DNA of 32,000 bases, taken from positions 8,668-40,667 of the forward strand of contig JAWCFL010000013.1 in assembly GCA_038858525.1 (NCBI GenBank). The letters are read 5' to 3'. Source of the stretch: Candidatus Jordarchaeales archaeon (GTDB lineage Archaea; Asgardarchaeota; Jordiarchaeia; Jordiarchaeales; Freyrarchaeaceae). The position numbers were made by a program, and so were the translations under genes. The notes under the pieces are model-generated. The model was not told the origin of the DNA and ran no database searches. It saw nothing but the letters and a program-made list of their open reading frames with translations. Below, piece by piece: positions 17,998 to 25,960 of this stretch (its first letter is position 1; each line of letters opens with the position of its first letter).

Positions 17998-18570
17998 TTA
18001 AACTTGAGACTGCACTCGGTTACCTTTGGCGGCTTTCATGAAGCGTTTTTTAATCCAGTACGGCGAGAGGGGTATTATCGGCACGTCGGCGTTTCCTTTC
18101 TCCACTTTCGCAATTATAACCGAGGTTTTACCTTTCGACTCATTAAACGCGCTCTTCAATTCCTCAGGGCTTTTCACTTCGAGGACGTTATCTATTCCTG
18201 CCGCCCTAGCCATCTTCGCTAAGCTGGTTTTTCCAGCAGTGTAGCTTGGCTGGCCACCTGTGGTTGAGTAGGACTCGTTGTCCAGCACTATGAGGGTCAG
18301 GTTTGGAGGGGACTGGTTGGCTATTGTAACCAGAGAGCCGAGGTTCATGAGGAGCGAGCCGTCGCCGTCAAAGACCACTACTCTTTTCTTCGTTGAAAGC
18401 GCCAATCCTAGCCCAATTGATGACGCCAGACCCATTGACCCCAGCATGTAGAAGTTCTCATCTCTGTCCCTCACACTGTAAAGCTCACGGGAAGGATAAC
18501 CTATATTGCATACAACCAGTTCACCGTCAAGCTCCTCCATAACACACCTAATCGCTTCTATCCTCTTCAC
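17998..18570 (-). CDS. comE: Sulfopyruvate decarboxylase subunit beta (ThDP-binding)
   Basis: VCNIGYPSRELY..RDRDENFYMLGSMGLASSIGLGLAL and ThDP motif DGDGSLLMN...LDNESYSTTGGQ. Confidence 0.85.
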   Translation of the reverse strand: MKRIEAIRCVMEELDGELVVCNIGYPSRELYSVRDRDENFYMLGSMGLASSIGLGLALSTKKRVVVFDGDGSLLMNLGSLVTIANQSPPNLTLIVLDNESYSTTGGQPSYTAGKTSLAKMARAAGIDNVLEVKSPEELKSAFNESKGKTSVIIAKVEKGNADVPIIPLSPYWIKKRFMKAAKGNRVQSQV

Positions 18571-19060
18571 CCAGCTCCCTCCTCACGATGACTGCGACAG
18601 GGATTTCCTCTCTCCAAGCACGCTTAGCCGCACCAACCACGTGCTCCTCCAGCTGTCGAAGGGACTCAGGAACGTAGAAGGGTATGCAGGCGGCTTTAAG
18701 TAGGGGAATAGTCGCCTCGCCCATAGGGATCTGAGCAACTATTTTCTCTCCTCTCCCACCCCTTTGGGATATGAGCATCAGTAAGGGGATGCCGAAGGTC
18801 TTATTAAGGGAGAGAAGGGCGTTCATGCAGTTTCCGAGACCACTGTTCTGCATTAGGATGACGGGGCGCTTCCCGCCGAGGTAGGCTCCGGCCGCAACTC
18901 CAACACCCTCCTCCTCTCGCGTGACCGGGACATGCATTATGCCGACGCTTTCCAGCTTCTCAAGCACCTCGGCGAACAACGTGTCCGGAACAGAGACGGC
19001 GAAGTCCACTCCGGCCTCCACTAAGGAGGACAACAAGACACGAGCAAGGGAGGACGGCAT
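18548..19060 (-). CDS. comD: Sulfopyruvate decarboxylase subunit alpha
   Basis: VTREEEGVGVAAGAYLGG, LMQNSGLGN, ISQRG...EKIVAQIPMG. Overlaps comE. Confidence 0.83.
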   Translation of the reverse strand: MPSSLARVLLSSLVEAGVDFAVSVPDTLFAEVLEKLESVGIMHVPVTREEEGVGVAAGAYLGGKRPVILMQNSGLGNCMNALLSLNKTFGIPLLMLISQRGGRGEKIVAQIPMGEATIPLLKAACIPFYVPESLRQLEEHVVGAAKRAWREEIPVAVIVRRELGEEDRSD

Positions 19061-19073
19061 CTCAAACCCTCCA

Positions 19074-19691
19074 TCACTTTGAGGGAGGTTTGCTTTTTAA
19101 CTTGACGGAGCCCACTACAAACCGGTATGCTGCTGTAAGATGCGAGGCAACACAACAGAAAACTAAGCCTAACAAGGGGGCCTGCCAGAAAAAAGGATAG
19201 ATGAGCGAGGAAGCTGAAAGTATAAGGAGCCTTTCTGACCTGGCTGCGAACCCCACATCCAGCGGCACGCCCACCGCCTCCCCTCTAGCTCTAACATAGC
19301 TCACCATGATGAAGCCCGCCACCGCCAGTGCCACCCAAACACTGACGGGAAAAACGAGGCTGAAGCTCTCAGCCTCTTTCCAGAATGCGAAGCCTAGGAG
19401 AACGGCGACGTCCGAGTACCTGTCACTCATCGAGTCGAGCAATCCTCCCCGAAGCGTTACCCTGCCAGTCAGCCGGGCGAGGGCGCCATCAACACCATCA
19501 AGGAAGCCTGAAGTGAAAACGAGTAAGCCGTAAAGGACAGGTAAGCCCAGCGCTAGGAGGAGCGAGGCTATTATGGACACAGCTAGGGATGCGAGCGTTA
19601 TGTGGTTTGGGCTTAAACCAGCCTTAGCGCAAATGGAAGCCACCCGGTAGACAGCTGGGCGGAAAAACCGCCTAACTCTATATTTGCTCAA
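19074..19691 (-). CDS. CDP-alcohol phosphatidyltransferase (AIPS/PgsA/DIPPS family)
   Basis: Signature LDGVDGALARLTGRVTLRGGLLDSMSDRYSD (DxxDGxxAR...GxxxDxxxD), SYVRARGE, ARSERLLIL; multi-TM. Confidence 0.9.
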   Translation of the reverse strand: MSKYRVRRFFRPAVYRVASICAKAGLSPNHITLASLAVSIIASLLLALGLPVLYGLLVFTSGFLDGVDGALARLTGRVTLRGGLLDSMSDRYSDVAVLLGFAFWKEAESFSLVFPVSVWVALAVAGFIMVSYVRARGEAVGVPLDVGFAARSERLLILSASSLIYPFFWQAPLLGLVFCCVASHLTAAYRFVVGSVKLKSKPPSK

Positions 19692-20667
19692 CTCCCTCGT
19701 CCCTCACAGGAAATGCTACGCCGCCAAAGAACACCGCCCGCTTCACAACACCAGTAATATTCCCGCCGCCGAACGCCACGACATCCGACGCAATAGCCCC
19801 TTTGCATGAGACGCAACCGGAAAGCGAAACGTTCGGCCCTAGGACTGAACGCTCGATGCGGCCATCCAACAACAAGACGGGACCTACCAATGTTGACTTG
19901 TAGTCAGCGGTGCCCATACCGCTCCTAACTTCTCCTGGAGGCACATATAATCCCTCCTCAGGCGTTAAGCCAGCTTTAAGAGCATGCCTGTTCGCGTCAA
20001 GGACGTCTGAAAGCGTGTCAACGTCAAACCACACTCTTCCATGGAAGTCGACGAAGCCCAGCTTACCCCCCTCGTCAACGTATAGTTTAAGGGCTGAGAC
20101 TACGCTTCCCTCTCCTCTCATCAACGACCTTCTAAGGTGAGTGAAGAATGAGGAGTCCAGGGCTACAAGCCCAACGCACACTCTTCTATTTTCGTCTCCT
20201 TCACCTATCCTGAGAACCTCCCCGCACTTACCTCCACTAGTGGATATAGCTGTCCCCCTTCCCTCAGACCTCCCTGCTGCGATAAGCGGAACCCCGAGCT
20301 TCTTCACAGCTTTAATAAGTCCCGAGGATATTTCGTGGTCGAAGACTATGTCGGCAGGGCACAGTAAGAACTCGCCTGACACGTATTCTTCGGCCGCGAG
20401 GAGGGAGTAGCCTGCACCCTTCAAGTAATCCCTTGCCTGGATGCATTCAACACTCAAGCCTCGCCACTTCTCCTTGATGTGGCGAGCGACAAGTCCACCC
20501 ATGTGACCGACGACGACCACGAATCGCTCCACACGGGATTTCAGAAGGGAGCAGATCACCCAGTCGATGAGGGGTCTGCCAGCCACAGGAATGAGGGGCT
20601 TGGGGCATAGGCGTGAGAGCGCGCCCATGCGAGCTCCTACACCTGCAGCCAAAATCACAGCGTCCAT
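19678..20667 (-). CDS. Nucleotidyltransferase (NTP_transferase; IPCT/choline-phosphate cytidylyltransferase-like) with short C-terminal beta-helix-like extension
   Basis: AVILAAGVGARMG, PKPL, WFDVDTLSD, GPVLL...VLGPNVSL. 14-nt overlap with the downstream gene. Confidence 0.85.
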   Translation of the reverse strand: MDAVILAAGVGARMGALSRLCPKPLIPVAGRPLIDWVICSLLKSRVERFVVVVGHMGGLVARHIKEKWRGLSVECIQARDYLKGAGYSLLAAEEYVSGEFLLCPADIVFDHEISSGLIKAVKKLGVPLIAAGRSEGRGTAISTSGGKCGEVLRIGEGDENRRVCVGLVALDSSFFTHLRRSLMRGEGSVVSALKLYVDEGGKLGFVDFHGRVWFDVDTLSDVLDANRHALKAGLTPEEGLYVPPGEVRSGMGTADYKSTLVGPVLLLDGRIERSVLGPNVSLSGCVSCKGAIASDVVAFGGGNITGVVKRAVFFGGVAFPVRDEGVEQI

Positions 20668-20781
20668 CAAGTACACCAGAAACCTATCGAGGATGCTAAA
20701 CTTAAAAGGTTAACCAAAAAACCGATGAGGAGCCGGAAATTTTTAGAAGAAACGTTCATCATCCAGTTCTAATCGGAGAGG

Positions 20782-21429
20782 ATGCTTGTGGGAGCCAGGA
20801 TCATTAAGGTTACGACGGAAAACATAGCGGAGGCTGCTAGGGCGGCGGCAGAAGTTATACTTGAGGGGGGAGTGGTCGCCTACCCCACGGACACACTTTA
20901 CGGTCTCGGCGTAAACCCCTTCGTAAGGGAGCATGTTGAAAGGCTCCTCCAAGCGAAGAGAAGACCTGTGGAGAAGGGGATCCCGCTCCTGGTGGGAAGC
21001 ATAAGTGACGCTGAAAGGCTTGCTCATTTCACTCATGAAGCACGACTACTAGCGAAGGCATTTTGGCCCGGCCCATTAACCATAGTGCTCGTTCAGCGTG
21101 AGCCCCTTCCGGACGAGGTTTCAGGCGGTAAAGGTAGTATAGGTGTAAGATTACCAGACCATCCTCTCCCTCAGCATATTGCTAGGATAATTGGTGGAGC
21201 GGTGACTGGGACTAGTGCAAACATCTCTGGGCACGAGCCCGCCAGAACTGCAAGGGAAGTTATTGAGCAGCTTGGAGACAGCGTAGACCTAATTCTTGAC
21301 GGAGGCAAAACAAGGGGGACGCCGTCAACGGTCATCGATATGACTCAAAGCCCGCCGACGATAATTAGAGAAGGAATGATCCCAAAAGAAAAAATATTTA
21401 GGTTGCTGGAGGCAATGGAAGAAAAATAG
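20782..21429 (+). CDS. tsaC: L-threonylcarbamoyladenylate synthase (TsaC/YrdC, no Sua5 C-domain)
   Basis: VVAYPTDTLYGLG, KRRP..KGIP, FWPGPLTIVL, GVRLPDH, GTSANISG, PSTVID. Confidence 0.95.
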   Translation: MLVGARIIKVTTENIAEAARAAAEVILEGGVVAYPTDTLYGLGVNPFVREHVERLLQAKRRPVEKGIPLLVGSISDAERLAHFTHEARLLAKAFWPGPLTIVLVQREPLPDEVSGGKGSIGVRLPDHPLPQHIARIIGGAVTGTSANISGHEPARTAREVIEQLGDSVDLILDGGKTRGTPSTVIDMTQSPPTIIREGMIPKEKIFRLLEAMEEK

Positions 21430-21448
21430 TAGGCGACCACTATTGACG

Positions 21449-22009
21449 TTACGATTCCAACATTAGAAGGGCGCCACGCTCTATGCAGCACTTGGCCAGT
21501 GCTTCAAATTCCCCTCCGGCTTGAGTGGCACTTAGCTCTTTGTCAATTATATTGAAGGCTTTTTTTATCAGTTCGGCTTTCTCGCGGTTTAAGCTGAAAA
21601 CCGTGTCGTCTTCTTCTAAGCCGAGCTTTTCGGCTAAGAAGCGGGCCACCCCTCTAACCTCGCTTTCCTCCTTCCCTACGACTACAAGCCCAAACATTCT
21701 GCATCCACTTTTTAGTCCGAACATTTCCAGCGCCACACTTACCTGCCTCTGCCCTGAGAGCCTAACTAGAACCTCCATTCCCAAGCTTCTCGCTATGCTT
21801 TTTCCAGCCTTAGTAGCCTTAACTGCGTTCAGAACGCTGAAGTAAACATGCTCCCAGGTTGCCACGAGCAGGGCGTCAAAAAGCTGAACGGTTACCCCGA
21901 AGTTTAACTCTGCTTCTCTGGCGAGCTTAAGAGCGGCATTAACGTCAGCAACTCCCCTTAGCCCACATACTCCAACAATCAGTCCACCTGCCAGTTCTGC
22001 AATTCTCAC
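21449..22009 (-). CDS. cgi121: KEOPS complex subunit Cgi121
   Basis: VQLFDALLVATWEHVYFS, IARSLGMEVLVRLSGQRQVSVALEMFGLK, C-terminal ERGALL. GTG 22009 forms a GTGA overlap with the upstream stop. Confidence 0.88.
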   Translation of the reverse strand: MRIAELAGGLIVGVCGLRGVADVNAALKLAREAELNFGVTVQLFDALLVATWEHVYFSVLNAVKATKAGKSIARSLGMEVLVRLSGQRQVSVALEMFGLKSGCRMFGLVVVGKEESEVRGVARFLAEKLGLEEDDTVFSLNREKAELIKKAFNIIDKELSATQAGGEFEALAKCCIERGALLMLES

Positions 22010-22611
22010 CGTGAGCCCCCCCAGACCTTCCTCCACTTTAGGAGGGGGTCTAGGTACTTGAGTGGAATCGGTATGTTGGCGAGAAACTGGCTTATCTCAT
22101 GCTCCTCTTTGCCCTCCTCCTTAAGCCTCCTGTAAACGCTATCGACGCTCTCAAAAAGCTCCCAAGGATAGATGACCCACGCGTCAGTAATCTCACCATA
22201 GTAGTCAGGGGTGACAACGCTGAAGGGTTTAAGATGAAGGGTTGCAACCTTGAGGAGCCCTACGCCTCTCTCCTTAAGGTGCCTCATGACCACACGCAGA
22301 GTGTGCCCGCTGTCAGCAACATCATCACATAGGAGCACGTTCTTTCCGGCAACGTCGACAGAGACAGGCTGAGTGACCACTGGCTCCTCCATTCGCTCAC
22401 CCACATCAGAGTAAAACTCCACAACCACAGAAGCAACTCGCCTAATTGAGAGGAAGTCGGACATCATGCGTGCAACAACCCATCCACCACGCGCGATGCC
22501 GACAATCAAGTCGAACGACAGGCCACTAAGCAGAATCATCTCAGCCACTTTCATTGCCAGAAAGTAAACCTCATCCCAGGTCGGAGCTATGAACTTCAAT
22601 GAAGAAGACAC
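22006..22611 (-). CDS. Purine (hypoxanthine/guanine/xanthine) phosphoribosyltransferase, archaeal type
   Basis: IVGIARGGWVVAR, PRPP-binding loop VLLCDDVADSGHTL, PDYY...AWVIYPWE. Confidence 0.88.
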   Translation of the reverse strand: MSSSLKFIAPTWDEVYFLAMKVAEMILLSGLSFDLIVGIARGGWVVARMMSDFLSIRRVASVVVEFYSDVGERMEEPVVTQPVSVDVAGKNVLLCDDVADSGHTLRVVMRHLKERGVGLLKVATLHLKPFSVVTPDYYGEITDAWVIYPWELFESVDSVYRRLKEEGKEEHEISQFLANIPIPLKYLDPLLKWRKVWGGSR

Positions 22612-22646
22612 AGCTCAACCCTCCACTGAAAAAACGCTCCCCGACG

Positions 22647-22660
22647 ATATAAAAACGTTC
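22647..22660 (-). promoter_or_regulatory. TATA box of the phosphoribosyltransferase-cgi121 unit
   Basis: GAACG-TTTTTATAT about 36-43 nt upstream of GTG 22611. Confidence 0.5.
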
Positions 22661-22701
22661 ACCTTAAAAAACGCGAAAATTAAATGGTGGGCGGGCCAGG
22701 A

Positions 22702-22731
22702 TTCACACGCGCATGCCAAACGCATGTGCGA
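22702..22731 (-). other. tRNA intron 3 (30 nt, T-loop, position 59/60)
   Basis: Outer helix is the T-stem; central helix TTCA/TGTG (one U-U mismatch); bulges AG|T and AA|T; intron helix CGCACATGC/GCATGCGCG (8 of 9 pairs). Confidence 0.85.
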
Positions 22732-22765
22732 CTTGAACCCGGGGCCTCCGGCTCCCGAAGCCGGT

Positions 22766-22795
22766 CATATGCAGTGAAACATCCAGTTTCACCGA
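22766..22795 (-). other. tRNA intron 2 (30 nt, position 25/26)
   Basis: Central helix TATG/CATA is perfect; bulges AC|T and TG|A; 9-bp intron helix CGGTGAAAC/GTTTCACTG; outer helix TGG/CCG. Confidence 0.9.
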
Positions 22796-22806
22796 GTCAT
22801 ACCATG

Positions 22807-22827
22807 TTCCCCGCCTCATATGAAGCT
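22807..22827 (-). other. tRNA intron 1 (21 nt, D-loop, best fit 15/16)
   Basis: Bulge AG|A, central helix GTCT/GGGG (3 of 4 pairs), bulge AA|C, intron helix GCTTC/GAGGC. Relaxed BHB motif. Confidence 0.7.
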
Positions 22828-22875
22828 CTAGACTACCCGCCCTTTCTCCTAAGAGGATAAGCGACCAGAAACACC

Positions 22876-22890
22876 TAATTAAATTTTCTC
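22876..22890 (-). promoter_or_regulatory. BRE/TATA promoter of the tRNA gene
   Basis: GAGAAAA-TTTAATTA ending ~33 nt upstream of tRNA G1. Confidence 0.6.
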
Positions 22891-22964
22891 CTTTAATCTG
22901 GCATCAAACCTAGTTACTCGGGCCTCCTGCTTCCAGTAGCGCTTTGCTCTTAACGTTTTATCCT

Positions 22965-23879
22965 TTACCTGACGAAAATTTCCTTCGTCTTTTTCTCCAT
23001 GTCCTTTAGAACTCCTTTGTCAAGGTTTTTGGGGTTGTAGTACTTGGCTCTTGAGCAGTCAGGAAGCCAGTTGTCTGGCACCTTGAAGGTTTTGCCTCCA
23101 GCCGGTTGAGCTTGAACAGGGACCGACTGGGGAGGCGTGTACTCTTCAGTGTGAGTTGCAGTGTAGCTTCTCGCTGTTGCTGGCGGCATCGTTACAGGGG
23201 ATCGGACCGGGGAATGTGCTGGAGGTGATCTTCCCTCCCTCATGCTTTCCAGCACACTTGAAATTTGAAGGCGTAAGTTAGCCTGCGGCGCTGTGTCAAG
23301 GGCTGATTGAGGCATTGATGCTTCAAGCTCGCTCATCTTTCTTAGGAAGGCGGATGGCCTGACAAATTGCTCTTCAACTATTCCTCCTCTCGGTCTCCCC
23401 TCATTTCCCCCCGCTTCGAAGCTTGGAGCTGCTCTGGGTTGCCTTGCGGCGACCGGAACTGGGGCAGGCGGTGGCGGTCTAACCATCCCGGCTGAAGCGC
23501 GGGTAGGCGTCACGTCTCTCTCGTAGCTTACCGGAGCGGTTCCGTGAAGCGCTCTGCTTGGTAGAGCTGTCTCTTCTATTTCGGCCTCACTTGGCACCGA
23601 TTCCTCTTCGCTGGTTCTCTTTTCGCGGTGTTTCCTGTGACGCTTCGTGTCCTCTTCGCTAATGTGAACTTCGCTTATGTGGGGCCAAGCTTCTATCTTG
23701 TCCAGTCTGCTTTCGAGGTCGGAGACTTTCTGGTTGATGAAGGCTATCTCTTGCCTCATAGCGTCGATCGATGCCTCAAAAAAGGCCACAGCCTTTTCTA
23801 TACTTTCCTCCAAACTTTTAATGGAGTTTCTGATTTCATCAATCTTTTTCAAGAAAGCCCTCTCCCCAAAGTGGCTCAA
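22965..23879 (-). CDS. Hypothetical protein: N-terminal coiled coil, long Pro/Ala/Ser-rich disordered region, short C-terminal motif
   Basis: Heptad pattern IDEIRNSIKSLEESIEK...ISDLESRLDKIE-like; RPPPPAPVPV; C-terminal VPDNWLPDCSRAKYYNP. Canonical promoter directly upstream. Confidence 0.75.
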   Translation of the reverse strand: MSHFGERAFLKKIDEIRNSIKSLEESIEKAVAFFEASIDAMRQEIAFINQKVSDLESRLDKIEAWPHISEVHISEEDTKRHRKHREKRTSEEESVPSEAEIEETALPSRALHGTAPVSYERDVTPTRASAGMVRPPPPAPVPVAARQPRAAPSFEAGGNEGRPRGGIVEEQFVRPSAFLRKMSELEASMPQSALDTAPQANLRLQISSVLESMREGRSPPAHSPVRSPVTMPPATARSYTATHTEEYTPPQSVPVQAQPAGGKTFKVPDNWLPDCSRAKYYNPKNLDKGVLKDMEKKTKEIFVR

Positions 23880-23900
23880 CTATTTTTTTGGGAAAATGTA

Positions 23901-23915
23901 ATATATAAAGTTTCG
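23901..23915 (-). promoter_or_regulatory. BRE/TATA promoter; spacing implies a leaderless transcript
   Basis: CGAAA-C-TTTATATAT ending 21 nt upstream of TTG 23879. Confidence 0.6.
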
Positions 23916-24342
23916 TTTCTCCAATACAATTTGGACTTACCCATCTGGCTTCTGAAGCGGCGAGGAGACTTGTTTTCAGCGTGAGTCTTCCTGAAGCGGA
24001 GTTTTTCGCCTTAAAATTATTAAAAAAGTTGGCGGCAACACGTTGCTCTTGAGGTTATAGCCGGAGCCTCAGTGCTCGGATGGCGCCGTAATTATTCGGC
24101 ATTCGACTAGTTTGAGGAGCCGCGACGCCTATTTTGCGGACTTCACTGGCATATGGGCCACTACGCAGGCTTTCAAGCTTTGCTTTCCACCAGGAGCACA
24201 CAAACGTCTTCTTCAATAATGCTCATTTATCTCCCGATCAAAGTTTGGTTTTTCAGGGCGCTCTTTTAGTAGTATACCAGAAAAAGTTTTATTTATGATT
24301 CATTATCATGATTCCCTTTCGTTGTGAAGTTACATGTTTAAA

Positions 24343-25578
24343 TTATTTAGTGAGTATGCATGAGTCGATGGTGTATCCGTTTACATCCTTTGTTTCGAGT
24401 TTTAGCGTCCCGTTTTGAAAAATGCAGATCTGTGTGAAGCAGAGTGTTGCGTTGCCGTAATCACTGTAGGGTTGTGGAACATAGTCGTGGAGTGGGGCGC
24501 CCCAGCAGCCGTTTGTTAGGTACATGGTGCCATCTCTGTATGAGTCTACGATAGTGTTGTTGTATAGCGGCTTGGTTCTATGGTAGTGATGGGTGTGTCC
24601 CTGAATAACGATGTCGACATGGTACTGGTCGAAGAGTGGCACCCAGTAGTCTATGAGGTCGGTGGCATTATCGTGCCCACCGCTGTAATACACGTTTCGA
24701 TGGAAAACGACTATTTTCCACTTGTCGGTGGGAGTGTTTGCCAAAGTATTGTTAAGCCAGTTTACTTGCTCCATTGAGACTTGTGTCGGTGAAGCTTGGC
24801 TATTCAGAACGATGATTCTTAGGCTTGGCCCCCAGTCTATGTAGTACCATTGCTCATTTCCTGGAAGAGCGAACTGCTCGTAATAATTAGTTGAGTTGTT
24901 TTCGTGGTTGCCTAGGCATGGTATTATGGGAATGGTGAGGCCGTTGTCCCCTATCCAGTTATCGTTCACGTCGGAGAACCATGAATCCCACTGCTTCTGT
25001 ATTCTTCCGTCATCAACCATGTCACCGGTGTGAATCACGAATACGGGGTTCACATGACGCATAGCTTTTGAAACAAGGATTCGGTTGGTTATGTTGGTTC
25101 GAGAGTCGCCTCCACACACAAAGGTGAAGGAGACAGGAGAATCAGGAGCTGTTTTGAAGGCGCGCTCCCCGCTGTAATTTCCCGGGCCCCCACAAATAAA
25201 GTAGTATACTGTGTCAGGACTTAGATTAGTGAGTTCAACTTGATGGACGTATCCTGTAGCTCCAGCATATGAATGATGCTCCCCTACGGCCTTATACCTG
25301 TAAAGAGAGGCTACCCCGCACCGGGATACGTTATCAAATAAAACTTCGTCTCCCGTGTCTGGATTGTCTGTTTGCCATATGACGGTTATACTGCTTTGGG
25401 GGTCATTTTGAAACGTTAAGTGTATGTTTGCTGGTTCGTCATGAACTGAAATTACTGGAAGAAAAATTATTGGAAGGAAGAGCGGAGGGTTCTGAAACCT
25501 TACAAGTATGAAGCTTAAGAATACTGAGAGGACGAAAATGGTTGCTAGAACAGTAACAATAAACTTTTTCGGTTTCAC
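24343..25578 (-). CDS. Secreted purple-acid-phosphatase-family metallophosphoesterase with FN3-like N-domain
   Basis: N-terminal TM/signal segment; SITVIWQT and TVYYF FN3-like domain; metal motifs GDSR, HTGDMV, GNHE, VFH, GHTHHYHR. GTG 25578 preferred over the track start at 25626. Confidence 0.88.
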   Translation of the reverse strand: MKPKKFIVTVLATIFVLSVFLSFILVRFQNPPLFLPIIFLPVISVHDEPANIHLTFQNDPQSSITVIWQTDNPDTGDEVLFDNVSRCGVASLYRYKAVGEHHSYAGATGYVHQVELTNLSPDTVYYFICGGPGNYSGERAFKTAPDSPVSFTFVCGGDSRTNITNRILVSKAMRHVNPVFVIHTGDMVDDGRIQKQWDSWFSDVNDNWIGDNGLTIPIIPCLGNHENNSTNYYEQFALPGNEQWYYIDWGPSLRIIVLNSQASPTQVSMEQVNWLNNTLANTPTDKWKIVVFHRNVYYSGGHDNATDLIDYWVPLFDQYHVDIVIQGHTHHYHRTKPLYNNTIVDSYRDGTMYLTNGCWGAPLHDYVPQPYSDYGNATLCFTQICIFQNGTLKLETKDVNGYTIDSCILTK

Positions 25579-25940
25579 GTAATACCAAGTCCCCGCAGTA
25601 CAATCAATACTTAAGTGATGGCTCAAAAATTAATTAAGGTTATGCAGATGCATGGTGTCGAAGAGGCCTGGATCAAAAAGAAATGGTTTCATTAAAAGCC
25701 TGGTTCAGTTTTTCGTAGGCTTCCATTGTTGTTTGAACGTAGAGAAACGTAAACGATGGAAAAGAGAGTGGAAGAGTGAAAATCGCTATTTGTTGTTAAC
25801 TGAGTAAGCTAAAAGGAGAGCAGCTATGTTTCGGTATATAAATTTCTAGTTTCATCATCCTTATGTGAATTAGGTGTTAAGTGTGAGGAACGTGGAGAAA
25901 GATGGAGACCTGTGAGTTGGATTGCTAGGGGGGTGCGGGG

Positions 25941-25960
25941 TTTTTCATCATAATGAAAAA
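25941..25960. terminator. Perfect 8-bp inverted repeat with T-tracts downstream of mat (putative terminator or operator)
   Basis: TTTTTCAT-CATA-ATGAAAAA, ~60 nt after the mat stop codon. Confidence 0.35.

Larger units (their letters stand above)
22685..22842 (-). tRNA. tRNA-Pro(CGG) with three introns (15/16, 25/26, 59/60) and encoded CCA
   Basis: Removing 22807-22827, 22766-22795 and 22702-22731 gives the 77-nt GGGCGGGTAGTCTAGCATGGTATGACACCGGCTTCGGGAGCCGGAGGCCCCGGGTTCAAGTCCTGGCCCGCCCACCA. It has a 7-bp acceptor stem, CCGGC/GCCGG anticodon stem, anticodon CGG with G37, G15-C48, and T-loop TTCAAGT. 77+21+30+30 = 158 nt, equal to the locus length. Confidence 0.93.

Noticed and set aside
22589-22777. 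62-aa plus-strand ORF
   Set aside because: Antisense to the tRNA-Pro gene and the phosphoribosyltransferase promoter.
24030-24230. GC-richer patch considered as an ncRNA (C/D box sRNA, SRP, RNase P)
   Set aside because: Contains a CTGA but no proper C box and no SRP or RNase P signature. No convincing long stem found by eye.
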